This document shows, in pieces, positions 49,552-58,646 of a DNA stretch of 64,000 nt; within the stretch, counting starts at the first letter, position 1; every line of letters starts with the position of its first letter. Both the position numbers and the translations under genes were made by a program. The notes under the pieces are model-generated. The model was not told the DNA's origin and searched no databases. It saw nothing but the letters and a program-made list of their open reading frames with translations. The stretch is taken from contig MNRQ01000023.1 of the NCBI GenBank assembly GCA_001916035.1, positions 8,850 through 72,849 of the forward strand, in the 5' to 3' direction. The stretch is from Clostridium sp. 27_14. GTDB lineage: Bacteria > Bacillota > Clostridia > TANB77 > CAG-508.

Positions 49552-50934
49552 ATGTTAGAATCAATGGACAAATTAGTAAGTTTATGTAAAAGCAGAGGAT
49601 ATATATATCCAGGCTCAGAAATTTATGGAGGATTAGCAAACACATGGGATTATGGACCATTAGGAAACGAATTAAAAAATAATATTAAATCAGCATGGAG
49701 AAAAAAATTCATACAAGAACAACCAAATGTAGTAGGACTAGATGCAGCAATATTAATGAATCCAGAAACATGGGTAGCATCAGGACATGTAGGAGGATTT
49801 TCAGACCCACTAATAGACTGTAAAGAATGTAAAACAAGACATAGAGCAGACAAACTAATAGAAGAATGGGCACACGAACAAGGAAAAGACATGATAGCAG
49901 ATGGAATGACAGATAAACAATTAATAGACTTCATTAATGAAAATAAAATTCCATGTCCAAAATGCGGAAAAACAAACTTTACAGATATACGTAAATTCAA
50001 CTTAATGTTTAAAACATTCCAAGGAGTAACAGAAGACACAACATCAACAGTATATTTAAGACCAGAAACAGCACAAGGAATATTTGTAGACTTCAAAAAT
50101 GTAATGAGAACATCACGTAAAAAAATACCTATGGGAATAGCACAAATAGGAAAAGCATTTAGAAATGAAATAACACCAGGAAATTACATATTCAGAACAC
50201 GTGAATTTGAACAAATGGAATTAGAATTTTTCTGCAAACCAGGAACAGATTTAGAATGGCATAAATTCTGGAAAAATTATTGTGAAAATTGGTTATTAGA
50301 TTTAGGAATGAAAGCAGAAAACATAAGATTAAGAGATCATTCACCAGAAGAATTAGTATTTTATAGTAAAGCAACAACAGACATAGAATTTGCATTCCCA
50401 TTTGGATGGGGAGAATTATGGGGCATTGCAGACAGAACAGATTATGATTTAACACAACACATGAACCACTCAAAACAAGACTTATCATATCAAGATCCAG
50501 AAACAAACGAAAAATATGTACCTTACGTAATAGAACCATCACTAGGAGCAGACAGAGTATTATTAGCATTTTTATGCAACAGTTATGACGAAGAAGAAAT
50601 AGCAGAAGGAGACACAAGAGTAGTATTACACTTACATCCAGCACTAGCACCATTCAAAGCAGCAGTATTACCATTATCTAAAAAGTTATCAGAAAAAGCT
50701 ACAGAAGTACACAGAAAACTATCAAAAAGTTTTATGTGTGATTATGATGAAGCAGGAAGTATAGGAAAACGTTATAGAAGAGAAGACGAAATAGGTACAC
50801 CATATTGTATAACAGTAGATTTTGATACATTAGAAGACGAATCAGTTACTATACGTGACCGTGACACAATGGAACAAGTAAGAGTAAAAATAGATGAATT
50901 AGAAAATTGGATTCAAGAAAAAATAAAATTTTAA
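49552..50934 (+). CDS. glyQS: Glycine--tRNA ligase (homodimeric GlyQS type)
   Basis: 460 aa. [53 protein letters not shown]. Confidence 0.95.
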   Translation: MLESMDKLVSLCKSRGYIYPGSEIYGGLANTWDYGPLGNELKNNIKSAWRKKFIQEQPNVVGLDAAILMNPETWVASGHVGGFSDPLIDCKECKTRHRADKLIEEWAHEQGKDMIADGMTDKQLIDFINENKIPCPKCGKTNFTDIRKFNLMFKTFQGVTEDTTSTVYLRPETAQGIFVDFKNVMRTSRKKIPMGIAQIGKAFRNEITPGNYIFRTREFEQMELEFFCKPGTDLEWHKFWKNYCENWLLDLGMKAENIRLRDHSPEELVFYSKATTDIEFAFPFGWGELWGIADRTDYDLTQHMNHSKQDLSYQDPETNEKYVPYVIEPSLGADRVLLAFLCNSYDEEEIAEGDTRVVLHLHPALAPFKAAVLPLSKKLSEKATEVHRKLSKSFMCDYDEAGSIGKRYRREDEIGTPYCITVDFDTLEDESVTIRDRDTMEQVRVKIDELENWIQEKIKF

Positions 50935-50995
50935 AATAAAAAACAAAAGTAAAAATTAAAGAACTTAATATAATTTAAAACCTTAATATATTAAT

Positions 50996-51030
50996 AAAAG
51001 TCTATGAACTAAAGAATTCATAGACTTTTT
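50996..51030. terminator. Bidirectional terminator glyQS (+) / sspH (-)
   Basis: AGTCTATGAA-loop-TTCATAGACT flanked by AAAA and TTTTT. Confidence 0.85.
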
Positions 51031-51047
51031 AGCAAGAACGAAAGTGC

Positions 51048-51230
51048 TTAATTATACAAATTTTTCTCATATAGATCCTCTATATAGACATCTTTTTCCT
51101 CAAAATTATCAGTAAAACCTATTTTAGCCAGATGTTGAGTAACACCTTGAATCCAAACGGGTCTATCACCATAAAAAATATCACATTTTTCCTTATTATC
51201 CAAAATAGAATGAACTCTTTTTAAATCCAT
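51048..51230 (-). CDS. sspH: H-type small acid-soluble spore protein
   Basis: 60 aa, MDLKRVHSILDNKEKCDIFYGDRPVWIQGV... matches the SspH pattern. GGAGAG RBS before ATG 51230; the upstream part of the listed ORF is ignored. Confidence 0.7.
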   Translation of the reverse strand: MDLKRVHSILDNKEKCDIFYGDRPVWIQGVTQHLAKIGFTDNFEEKDVYIEDLYEKNLYN

Positions 51231-51361
51231 ATATATCACTCTCCAAAAATAAATTTCTATATAAAGTATATCCAAAAAAATAATATTTATGACTAAATTT
51301 TTAATAGTAGCCATAAAAATAAAATAATGATAAAGGTTATCAAAAAAAATAAAACTTTTGT

Positions 51362-51390
51362 TTGACATTTATTTGTTTGTGTGATACAAT
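51362..51390 (+). promoter_or_regulatory. Promoter TTGACA-17-(TGa)TACAAT for lexA
   Basis: TTGACA 51362-51367, TACAAT 51385-51390. AAACTTTTGTTT palindrome (51352-51363) overlaps the -35. Confidence 0.6.
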
Positions 51391-51418
51391 GTGAAAAAAT
51401 GAGAATGGAGTGGGGAAA

Positions 51419-52069
51419 ATGCCAAGAAAAAAAGAAGAACTAAATAAAAGAGAAAAAACAATACTAAAATTTATAGAAAAACAAATAATGACAGATGGAT
51501 ATCCACCATCAGTAAGAGAAATAGGACAAGCAGTAGGTTTAAGCTCAACAGCAACAGTACACGGTTATTTAGAAAGATTAGAAAAAAAAGGATATATAAA
51601 AAAGAAAGATAAAAAAGGAAGAACACTAAGACTATTAAAAGGAAGCACAGGAGAAACAAAGAAAACATCAAGCAAAGATTTTTACACACAAAAAGAATTA
51701 GTCGAAGTACCAGTAGTAGGAAAAATAACAGCAGGAATGCCAATATTAGCAGTAGAAAATGTAACAGATACATTTCCAATTCCAATAGACTTTGTAGGAA
51801 ACTCAGACTGCTTTATGCTTACAGTTAGAGGAGAAAGCATGATAGAAGCAGGAATATTAGACGGAGACTATATACTAGTAAAAAAACAAAACAACGCTAA
51901 TAATGGAGAAATAGTAGTAGCATTAATAGAAGATGAAGCAACAGTAAAAACATTTTACAAAGAAAAAGACCATATACGTTTGCAACCAGAAAATAGCACA
52001 ATGGACCCAATAATAGTACCAACATGTGAAATATTAGGAAAAGTAGCAGGAGTATTTAGAAAAATGTAA
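51419..52069 (+). CDS. lexA: LexA repressor
   Basis: wHTH ([34 protein letters not shown]), cleavage/peptidase S24 part ([20 protein letters not shown]). Confidence 0.92.
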   Translation: MPRKKEELNKREKTILKFIEKQIMTDGYPPSVREIGQAVGLSSTATVHGYLERLEKKGYIKKKDKKGRTLRLLKGSTGETKKTSSKDFYTQKELVEVPVVGKITAGMPILAVENVTDTFPIPIDFVGNSDCFMLTVRGESMIEAGILDGDYILVKKQNNANNGEIVVALIEDEATVKTFYKEKDHIRLQPENSTMDPIIVPTCEILGKVAGVFRKM

Positions 52070-52111
52070 TTTTAAAAATCAATAATTCACAAAGAATTCA
52101 CAAAAAAAGTA

Positions 52112-52141
52112 TTGACAAAATGACACTGTGTCACATATAAT
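52112..52141 (+). promoter_or_regulatory. Promoter TTGACA-18-TATAAT for tetR-ABC operon
   Basis: TTGACA 52112-52117, TATAAT 52136-52141. Confidence 0.6.
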
Positions 52142-52160
52142 AAATGACACAGTGTCATTT
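52121..52160. promoter_or_regulatory. Two palindromic operators TGACAC-N-GTGTCA (putative TetR sites)
   Basis: TGACACTGTGTCA 52121-52133 lies between -35 and -10. AAATGACACAGTGTCATTT 52142-52160 (19-nt perfect palindrome) lies just after -10. Confidence 0.7.
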
Positions 52161-52183
52161 TGACTAAAAAGGTGGTGAAAATT

Positions 52184-52792
52184 GTGCCAAAAGAGACATT
52201 TTTAAAATTGCCAGAAGAAAAGAAAAATAAAATAATAAAAGCAGCAAAAAAAGAATTTGAAAGAGTACCATTTGAACAAACATCAATAAAAAACATAGTA
52301 GAAGATGCAGAAATTGCAAGAGGAAGTTTTTATCAATATTTTGAGAGTAAATACGGGTATATTTTAAATATCCATTTTAAAGAAATGAATGAACAAATGC
52401 AAGAAAACATTATAAAAGCAAAAGGAGACATATTCCAAATATTCATATCAATGTATGACTGTGTAGACAATAATTTAATAAAAAATGAAGATATGGAATT
52501 TTATAAAAAAATATTTAACAATTTAAAAACAAGTGAAGACAGCAAAATCTTCAAAAAATTTGTAGAAGAAAAACCGAAAAAAATCAAAGACTTTTATGAA
52601 TATATAGACACATCAAATTTAAAAATAAACACAAAAGAAGAATTTGAAATTGTAGAAAAAATTTTATTTACAATAACAACAAAAGCAATAGTAATGAGGT
52701 TCAAATATGACTCCAAAGAAAATGCAAGAGAAAATTACCTAAAACAAATTGAATATTTAAAATATGGCATAGTAAAAAATATTGAAAAATAA
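52184..52792 (+). CDS. TetR/AcrR family transcriptional regulator
   Basis: GTG 52184 six nt after GGTGGTGA gives MPKETFLKLPEEKKNKIIKAAKKEF...TSIKNIVEDAEIARGSFYQYF (TetR HTH). Confidence 0.85.
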   Translation: MPKETFLKLPEEKKNKIIKAAKKEFERVPFEQTSIKNIVEDAEIARGSFYQYFESKYGYILNIHFKEMNEQMQENIIKAKGDIFQIFISMYDCVDNNLIKNEDMEFYKKIFNNLKTSEDSKIFKKFVEEKPKKIKDFYEYIDTSNLKINTKEEFEIVEKILFTITTKAIVMRFKYDSKENARENYLKQIEYLKYGIVKNIEK

Positions 52793-52840
52793 CAAAAGCG
52801 AACATTAATAACAAATGCACTTATTAAAAACCATTAAAAG
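52790..52840. repeat. Intergenic repeat element, truncated copy C (5' half only)
   Basis: TAACAAAAGCGAACATTAATAACAAATGCAC... overlaps the tetR stop and lacks the GTCCGCGTCTTTG arm. Confidence 0.7.
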
Positions 52841-52855
52841 AGAAAGGAGAAAAAC

Positions 52856-55237
52856 ATGTTAAAAGTATTAAAAAAATTAAAAGAATCATGGGTATCTGTA
52901 ATAGCTATAGTAATATTATTAGCAATCCAAGCAGCAGGAGACTTAACATTACCAGATTACACATCAAAAATAGTTAATATAGGAATCCAAAATGGTGGAA
53001 TTGAAAATGTCGCACCAGAAGTTATAAGAAAAAGTGAAATGGAAAACCTATTAATTTTCACAGAAGAGGATGATAAAATTTTGTCATTATATGAAGAAAT
53101 ATCAAAGGAAAATTTAGACAATAAAGAATACGAAAAACTAGTAAAAAAATATCCAGCACTTGAAAACGAAGCATTATACAAAATAAAAAAAGTAAATAAA
53201 AATGAACAAAATGAATTAAACAGCATAATGGCAAAACCATTAATGATTATAAGTATGTTAGAAAATGAAGAAACCTCAGAACAAATGAAGGAACAAATGT
53301 TAGAACAAATTACAAAAAATCAAGAAATGCAAAATACACCAATATCACAAAATGCACAATCAACACAAGAAGAACAAATAGCACAAGCAAAAATAAAAGA
53401 ACAACAAATAAAAGCAATGCAAAACATGAGTTTAATTGAAATAATAAAACAAAGGCCAAAAGAACAATTAGAAAAAATGCTAGAAAATATAAATCAAAAA
53501 ATTAATGATATGCAAGAAAGCATATTAGAACAAGCAGCTATACAAGAAGTAAAAAATGAGTATAAAGCAATAGGAATGGACACGAACCAAATACAAAATC
53601 AATATATAATAATAGCAGGACTAAAAATGTTAGGAATATCATTTATAATCATGGTATCTGCAATTTCAATTATGTGTTTATCAGCAAGAGTTGCAGCAAG
53701 ACTAGCAAAAACTTTAAGAGAAAAAGTATTCAAAAAAGTATTAAGTTTTTCAAATAAAGAATTTTCTGAATATAGTACAGCATCATTAATCACACGTTCA
53801 ACAAATGATATACAACAAATACAAGGATTAATAGCAATTCTATTTAGAGTATTAGTATATGCACCAATTATTGGTATAGGAGGATTTTTAAGAGTTTTAA
53901 GACAAAGTGACAACTCAATGGCATGGATTATAGGAATAGCAATATTAGCAATATTATTTGTAGTAGGAACACTATTTATAATAGCAATGCCAAGATTTAA
54001 AAAATTACAACAACTAATAGACAAACTAAATTTAGTAGCAAGAGAAATTTTAACAGGATTACCAGTAATAAGAGCATTTAACACAGAGAAAAAAGAAGAA
54101 AAAAGATTTGACACAGCAAATATAGAATTAACAAAAACTAATTTATTTGTAAATAGAGCAATGAGTTTTATGATGCCAACATTAATGTTAATAATGAATG
54201 GAATATCATTATTAATAGTATGGGTTGGAGCAAATGGAATTGATAATGGAACAATGCAAGTAGGAAATATGATGGCATTTATCCAATACACAATGCAAAT
54301 AGTAATGAGCTTTTTAATGATATCAATGGTATCAATAATGCTACCAAGAGCATCTGTATCAGCAAATCGTATAAATGAAATATTAGAAACAGATGAAGTA
54401 ATAAAAGATAGTAAAGAACCAATAAAATTAAATCCAAATAAAAAAGGTTTAGTAGAATTCAAAAATGTATCATTCAGATATCCAGATAGTGACGAAGAAG
54501 TATTAAGTGATATAACATTCACAGCAGAGCCAGGAAAAACAACAGCAATTATAGGAAGTACAGGTAGTGGAAAATCAACAATAGTAAATTTAATACCAAG
54601 ATTTTATGACATAACATCAGGAAATCTTTTAATAGATGGAGTAGATATAAAAAATATAGCAAATAAAGATTTAAGAAAAATAGTAGGATTTGTACCACAA
54701 AAAGGAATATTGTTTTCTGGAACAATAGAATCAAACATAAAATATGGAAATCCAGAAATGTCAGATGAACAAATGATAGAAGCAGCAGAAATAGCACAAG
54801 CAACAGAATTTATAGAATCAAAACCAGAAAAATATAAAGAACCAATAGCACAAGGAGGAAGCAATGTATCTGGAGGGCAAAAACAAAGACTATCAATAGC
54901 AAGAGCAATAGCAATAGATCCAGAAATACTAGTATTTGATGATAGTTTTTCAGCATTAGACTTTAAAACAGATAGCACATTAAGAGCAGAACTTGCTAAA
55001 AAAACAAAAAACAAAACAGTAATTATTGTTGCACAAAGAATTAATACAATATTAAATGCAGACCAAATCATAGTATTAGAAGATGGAAAAGTTGTAGGTA
55101 AAGGAACACATGAAGAATTAATAAAAACAAATGAAACATATAAACAAATAGCATTATCACAACTATCAGAAGAAGAGTTAAATATAAAAGACTTAAACAA
55201 TAAAACAAATGTAGAAGGAGGGGAAAAACATGAGTAA
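52856..55237 (+). CDS. ABC exporter, fused permease/ATPase, with about 195-aa insertion after TM1
   Basis: 793 aa. Six-TM exporter fold signature (LITRSTNDIQQIQ), Walker A GSTGSGKST, signature VSGGQKQR, Walker B ILVFDD. Confidence 0.9.
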   Translation: MLKVLKKLKESWVSVIAIVILLAIQAAGDLTLPDYTSKIVNIGIQNGGIENVAPEVIRKSEMENLLIFTEEDDKILSLYEEISKENLDNKEYEKLVKKYPALENEALYKIKKVNKNEQNELNSIMAKPLMIISMLENEETSEQMKEQMLEQITKNQEMQNTPISQNAQSTQEEQIAQAKIKEQQIKAMQNMSLIEIIKQRPKEQLEKMLENINQKINDMQESILEQAAIQEVKNEYKAIGMDTNQIQNQYIIIAGLKMLGISFIIMVSAISIMCLSARVAARLAKTLREKVFKKVLSFSNKEFSEYSTASLITRSTNDIQQIQGLIAILFRVLVYAPIIGIGGFLRVLRQSDNSMAWIIGIAILAILFVVGTLFIIAMPRFKKLQQLIDKLNLVAREILTGLPVIRAFNTEKKEEKRFDTANIELTKTNLFVNRAMSFMMPTLMLIMNGISLLIVWVGANGIDNGTMQVGNMMAFIQYTMQIVMSFLMISMVSIMLPRASVSANRINEILETDEVIKDSKEPIKLNPNKKGLVEFKNVSFRYPDSDEEVLSDITFTAEPGKTTAIIGSTGSGKSTIVNLIPRFYDITSGNLLIDGVDIKNIANKDLRKIVGFVPQKGILFSGTIESNIKYGNPEMSDEQMIEAAEIAQATEFIESKPEKYKEPIAQGGSNVSGGQKQRLSIARAIAIDPEILVFDDSFSALDFKTDSTLRAELAKKTKNKTVIIVAQRINTILNADQIIVLEDGKVVGKGTHEELIKTNETYKQIALSQLSEEELNIKDLNNKTNVEGGEKHE

Positions 55238-57095
55238 TAATCAAAATACACAAACACCTCCAAAAATGAAAGGACATGGACCAATGGGTGGACCTGGAGG
55301 AGGACATGGACCAGTAGAAAAAGCAAAAGATGTAAAAGGAACAACAAAAAAATTAGCACAAAGACTTTCAAGATACAAAATAGCAATAATAATAGTAATG
55401 ATATTTGCAATAGGAAGCACAATATTTAGTATAGTAGGACCAAAAATACTAGGAAATGCAACAACAGAAATATATACAGGTTTAATGAATAAAATTAATA
55501 GAACAGGAGGTATAGACTTTGCAAAAATAGGACAAATAATTTTATTTGCATTAGGGCTATATATTGTAAGTGCAGTATTCTCAATGATACAAAGCTATAT
55601 TATGGCAGGAGTAGCACAAAAGGTAACATACAAAATTAGAAATGATTTAACACAAAAAATAAACAGACTACCAATGAAATACTTTGACAAAAAAACAAAT
55701 GGAGAAGTATTATCAATTATCTCTAATGATGTTGATACATTAAGCACAGGACTAAACCAAAGTATTACACAAATAATAACATCAATATGTACAATAATAG
55801 GAATATTAGTAATGATGTTTTCAATAAGTTGGGAAATGACAGTAGTAAGTTTATTAATATTACCAATATCAGCAGGAATATTAAAAAAAGTAATAGGAAA
55901 ATCACAAAAATACTTCGTAAAACAACAAGAATACTTAGGACATGTAAATGGTCAAGTTGAAGAAGTATATGGTGGACATAACATTGTAAAAGTATTTGGA
56001 AGAGAAGAACAAGCAATAAAAGAATTTGAAAAAGAAAACCAAGAATTATATAAATCAGGATGGCGTTCACAATTTTTATCAGGACTAATGTATCCTTTAA
56101 TGAATTTTGTAGGAAACGTTGGATATGTTGCTGTTGCTATACTAGGAGGATATTTTGCAGTAAAAGGAAGAATAACAGTAGGAAATATACAAAGTTTTAT
56201 ACAATACAATAAACAATTTACTCAACCAATAGGCCAAGTAGCACAAATATCAAGCACAATACAATCAATGATTGCAGCAGCAGAAAGAATATTTGAATTT
56301 TTAGAAGAACCAGAAGAAGCGGAAGATATAAAAAATGCAACATCAACAGAGGGACTAAAAGGAAATATAGAATTCAAAAATGTTAAATTTGGATATGACC
56401 CAGAAAAAATCATCATAAATGACTTTAATGCTAATGTTAAAGATGGACAAAAAATAGCAATTGTAGGACCAACTGGAGCAGGTAAAACAACGATGGTAAA
56501 ATTATTAATGAGATTTTATGATGTAAATAGTGGAGAAATTTTAGTAGATGGACATAATATAAAAGACTTTAAACGTGGAGAACTTAGAAAAATGTTTGGA
56601 ATGGTACTACAAGACACATGGCTTTTTGGAGGTACAATAAAAGAAAATATCAAATATAGCAAACCAGATGCTACAGACTCAGAAGTAATAGAAGCAGCAA
56701 AAGCAGCACATATACACCATTATATAAAAACATTATCAAAAGGATATGATGCTAAAATCAATGAAGAATCAACCAATATATCAGCAGGGCAAAAACAATT
56801 ATTAACAATAGCAAGAGTAATACTTGCAAATCCAAAAATCCTAATATTAGATGAAGCAACAAGTTCAATAGACACAAGAACAGAACAGCAAATACAATCA
56901 GCAATGGATAATTTAATGAAAGGCAGAACAAGTTTTATAATAGCACACAGATTATCAACTATAAAAAATGCAGATTTAATATTAGTAATGAACCATGGAG
57001 ATATTGTAGAACAGGGAACACATGAAGAATTACTTGCAAAAAATGGATTTTATTCAGAATTATACAATTCTCAATTCGAAGAATGTGAAGAATAA
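55230..57095 (+). CDS. ABC exporter, fused permease/ATPase (heterodimer partner)
   Basis: 8-nt overlap with the upstream gene. G/P-rich N-terminus, GPTGAGKTT, ISAGQKQL, ILILDEATS. Confidence 0.9.
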   Translation: MSNNQNTQTPPKMKGHGPMGGPGGGHGPVEKAKDVKGTTKKLAQRLSRYKIAIIIVMIFAIGSTIFSIVGPKILGNATTEIYTGLMNKINRTGGIDFAKIGQIILFALGLYIVSAVFSMIQSYIMAGVAQKVTYKIRNDLTQKINRLPMKYFDKKTNGEVLSIISNDVDTLSTGLNQSITQIITSICTIIGILVMMFSISWEMTVVSLLILPISAGILKKVIGKSQKYFVKQQEYLGHVNGQVEEVYGGHNIVKVFGREEQAIKEFEKENQELYKSGWRSQFLSGLMYPLMNFVGNVGYVAVAILGGYFAVKGRITVGNIQSFIQYNKQFTQPIGQVAQISSTIQSMIAAAERIFEFLEEPEEAEDIKNATSTEGLKGNIEFKNVKFGYDPEKIIINDFNANVKDGQKIAIVGPTGAGKTTMVKLLMRFYDVNSGEILVDGHNIKDFKRGELRKMFGMVLQDTWLFGGTIKENIKYSKPDATDSEVIEAAKAAHIHHYIKTLSKGYDAKINEESTNISAGQKQLLTIARVILANPKILILDEATSSIDTRTEQQIQSAMDNLMKGRTSFIIAHRLSTIKNADLILVMNHGDIVEQGTHEELLAKNGFYSELYNSQFEECEE

Positions 57096-57138
57096 ACTAA
57101 AATAATAAAGTAAAAAACATTGCAATTAAGAAATACTA

Positions 57139-57166
57139 AAAAAGGACTGTAAAAAGTCCTTTTTTT
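57139..57166 (+). terminator. ABC operon terminator
   Basis: AAAAAGGACT-gtaaaa-AGTCCTTTTTTT. Confidence 0.85.
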
Positions 57167-57205
57167 ATATTATATGGAATTTCGAAGAATTTCCATATAA
57201 TATAA
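57165..57205. repeat. Perfect 15-bp inverted repeat TTATATTATATGGAA / TTCCATATAATATAA
   Basis: Arms at 57165-57179 and 57191-57205; 11-nt loop containing TTCGAA. Confidence 0.9.
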
Positions 57206-57266
57206 AATATAACAAAGCTACGATATTTACCAAACAAAATTCGTGCACGAACAAAATAACGGAAAA

Positions 57267-57316
57267 GTCAAGAGTTAGCCTTGACAAACAAACACAAAAG
57301 TTATATAATGTTAGCC
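57267..57316 (+). promoter_or_regulatory. Consensus promoter TTGACA-17-TATAAT flanked by GTTAGCC repeats (putative DtxR-family operator)
   Basis: TTGACA 57281-57286, TATAAT 57304-57309. GTTAGCC at 57274-57280 and 57310-57316. GTCAAG/CTTGAC inverted repeat at 57267-57285. Confidence 0.6.
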
Positions 57317-57343
57317 GAGATTAACAAAAAAGAAGGAGAAAAA

Positions 57344-57793
57344 ATGATATCAAAATCGCAAGAAGAATATTTAAAAACAATGTATGTATTACAAAAACAA
57401 AATGGAAACATAAGAGTAACAGACATTGCAAACAAAATGAATTGCACAAAACCAAGTGTAAATAAAGCATTAAACAATTTAAAAGAAGAAAAATTAATAA
57501 AATACGAAACTTATGGAACAATAGAATTAACAAAACAAGGAGAAAGTCTAGCACAAAAAATACTAGAAGCATATGACATAGTATACTTGTTTTTAAAAGA
57601 TGTTCTAAACTTAGAAGAAAACGCAGCAAAAGAAGAAGCAGAAAAAATAAAACTAGTAACAACAGACGAAACAATAAACAAATTAGCAAAATATATACAT
57701 AATGTATTAGGACTAAGAGAATTAAACTGTAACTATGATATAAATCAAGAAAAATGCAGAAGTTGCATAAAAAGAACATCTAAAAAAATATAA
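57344..57793 (+). CDS. DtxR/MntR-family metal-dependent transcriptional regulator
   Basis: AGGAG RBS before ATG 57344. SQEEYLKTMYVL...IRVTDIANKMNCTKPSVNKALNNLKEEKLI wHTH; Cys-rich tail CNYDINQEKCRSC. Confidence 0.8.
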   Translation: MISKSQEEYLKTMYVLQKQNGNIRVTDIANKMNCTKPSVNKALNNLKEEKLIKYETYGTIELTKQGESLAQKILEAYDIVYLFLKDVLNLEENAAKEEAEKIKLVTTDETINKLAKYIHNVLGLRELNCNYDINQEKCRSCIKRTSKKI

Positions 57794-57881
57794 AAAGACT
57801 TGAATACAGAGAGCAACTAAAAAGTATAAAAAGAAGTTGCATATAAAAGAATATCTAAAAAATAAAGAGGAGAGTAAAAAA

Positions 57882-58622
57882 ATGAGTGATAATTTATTAG
57901 AAATAAAAGACTTACATGTAAATGCAGGAGAAAAAGAAATATTAAAAGGACTAAACTTAAACATAAAAAAAGGAGAAATCCATGTCATAATGGGACCAAA
58001 TGGAGCAGGAAAATCAACACTTGCAAATGTAATATTAAACAATCCAGAATATACAAAAACAAGTGGAACAGTAGAATTTGAAGGAGAAAACATAAATGAT
58101 TTAAGCACAGACCAAATTGCAAAAAAAGGAATATTTATGTCATTCCAATTACCAGAAGAAATACCAGGAATATCAACAATGAACTTTTTAAAATATGCTA
58201 AAAATAAAGTAACAGACAAGCCTGTAAAAATATTTGAATTTAAAGAAATTGTAAAAAAATATGTAGAAGAATTAAACATGAATCCAAAACTAATAGAAAG
58301 AAACCTTAATGTAGGATTTTCTGGAGGAGAAAAAAAGAAAAACGAAATTATGCAAATGCTAGTATTAAATCCAAAACTTGCAATATTAGACGAAACAGAT
58401 TCTGGATTAGATGTAGATGCAATTAGAACAGTATCAAAAGGAATAGAAATGTACAAAAATGATGAAAATGCAGTTTTAATAATAACACATAACACAAAAA
58501 TCTTAAACCACTTAAAAGTAGACTATGTACATGTATTAGTAAATGGACAAATAGTAAAAACATCAACAGCTGAATTAGCAGAAGAAATTGAAGAAAAAGG
58601 ATATTCTGAATATAAAAAATAA
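57882..58622 (+). CDS. sufC: Fe-S cluster assembly ATPase SufC
   Basis: LEIKDLHV, GPNGAGKST, FSGGEKKKNEI, LAILDETDSGLD; ATG 57882 behind GAGGAG. Confidence 0.93.
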   Translation: MSDNLLEIKDLHVNAGEKEILKGLNLNIKKGEIHVIMGPNGAGKSTLANVILNNPEYTKTSGTVEFEGENINDLSTDQIAKKGIFMSFQLPEEIPGISTMNFLKYAKNKVTDKPVKIFEFKEIVKKYVEELNMNPKLIERNLNVGFSGGEKKKNEIMQMLVLNPKLAILDETDSGLDVDAIRTVSKGIEMYKNDENAVLIITHNTKILNHLKVDYVHVLVNGQIVKTSTAELAEEIEEKGYSEYKK

Positions 58623-58646
58623 AGAGAGGAAGAAAAGAATTTTATT

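Noticed and set aside
51231-51368. N-terminal 46-codon extension of the sspH ORF.
   Set aside because: The extension is hydrophobic junk upstream of a GGAGAG RBS. SspH proteins are about 60 aa and start MD.KR.
57240-57251. TTCGTGCACGAA as a LexA (Cheo) box.
   Set aside because: The half-sites are in the opposite order (TTCG-N4-CGAA rather than GAAC-N4-GTTC).
57281-57343. Track start (TTG 57281) for the DtxR-like gene.
   Set aside because: The TTG is the first half of the TTGACA -35 box. A GGAG RBS and ATG 57344 give a normal N-terminus.
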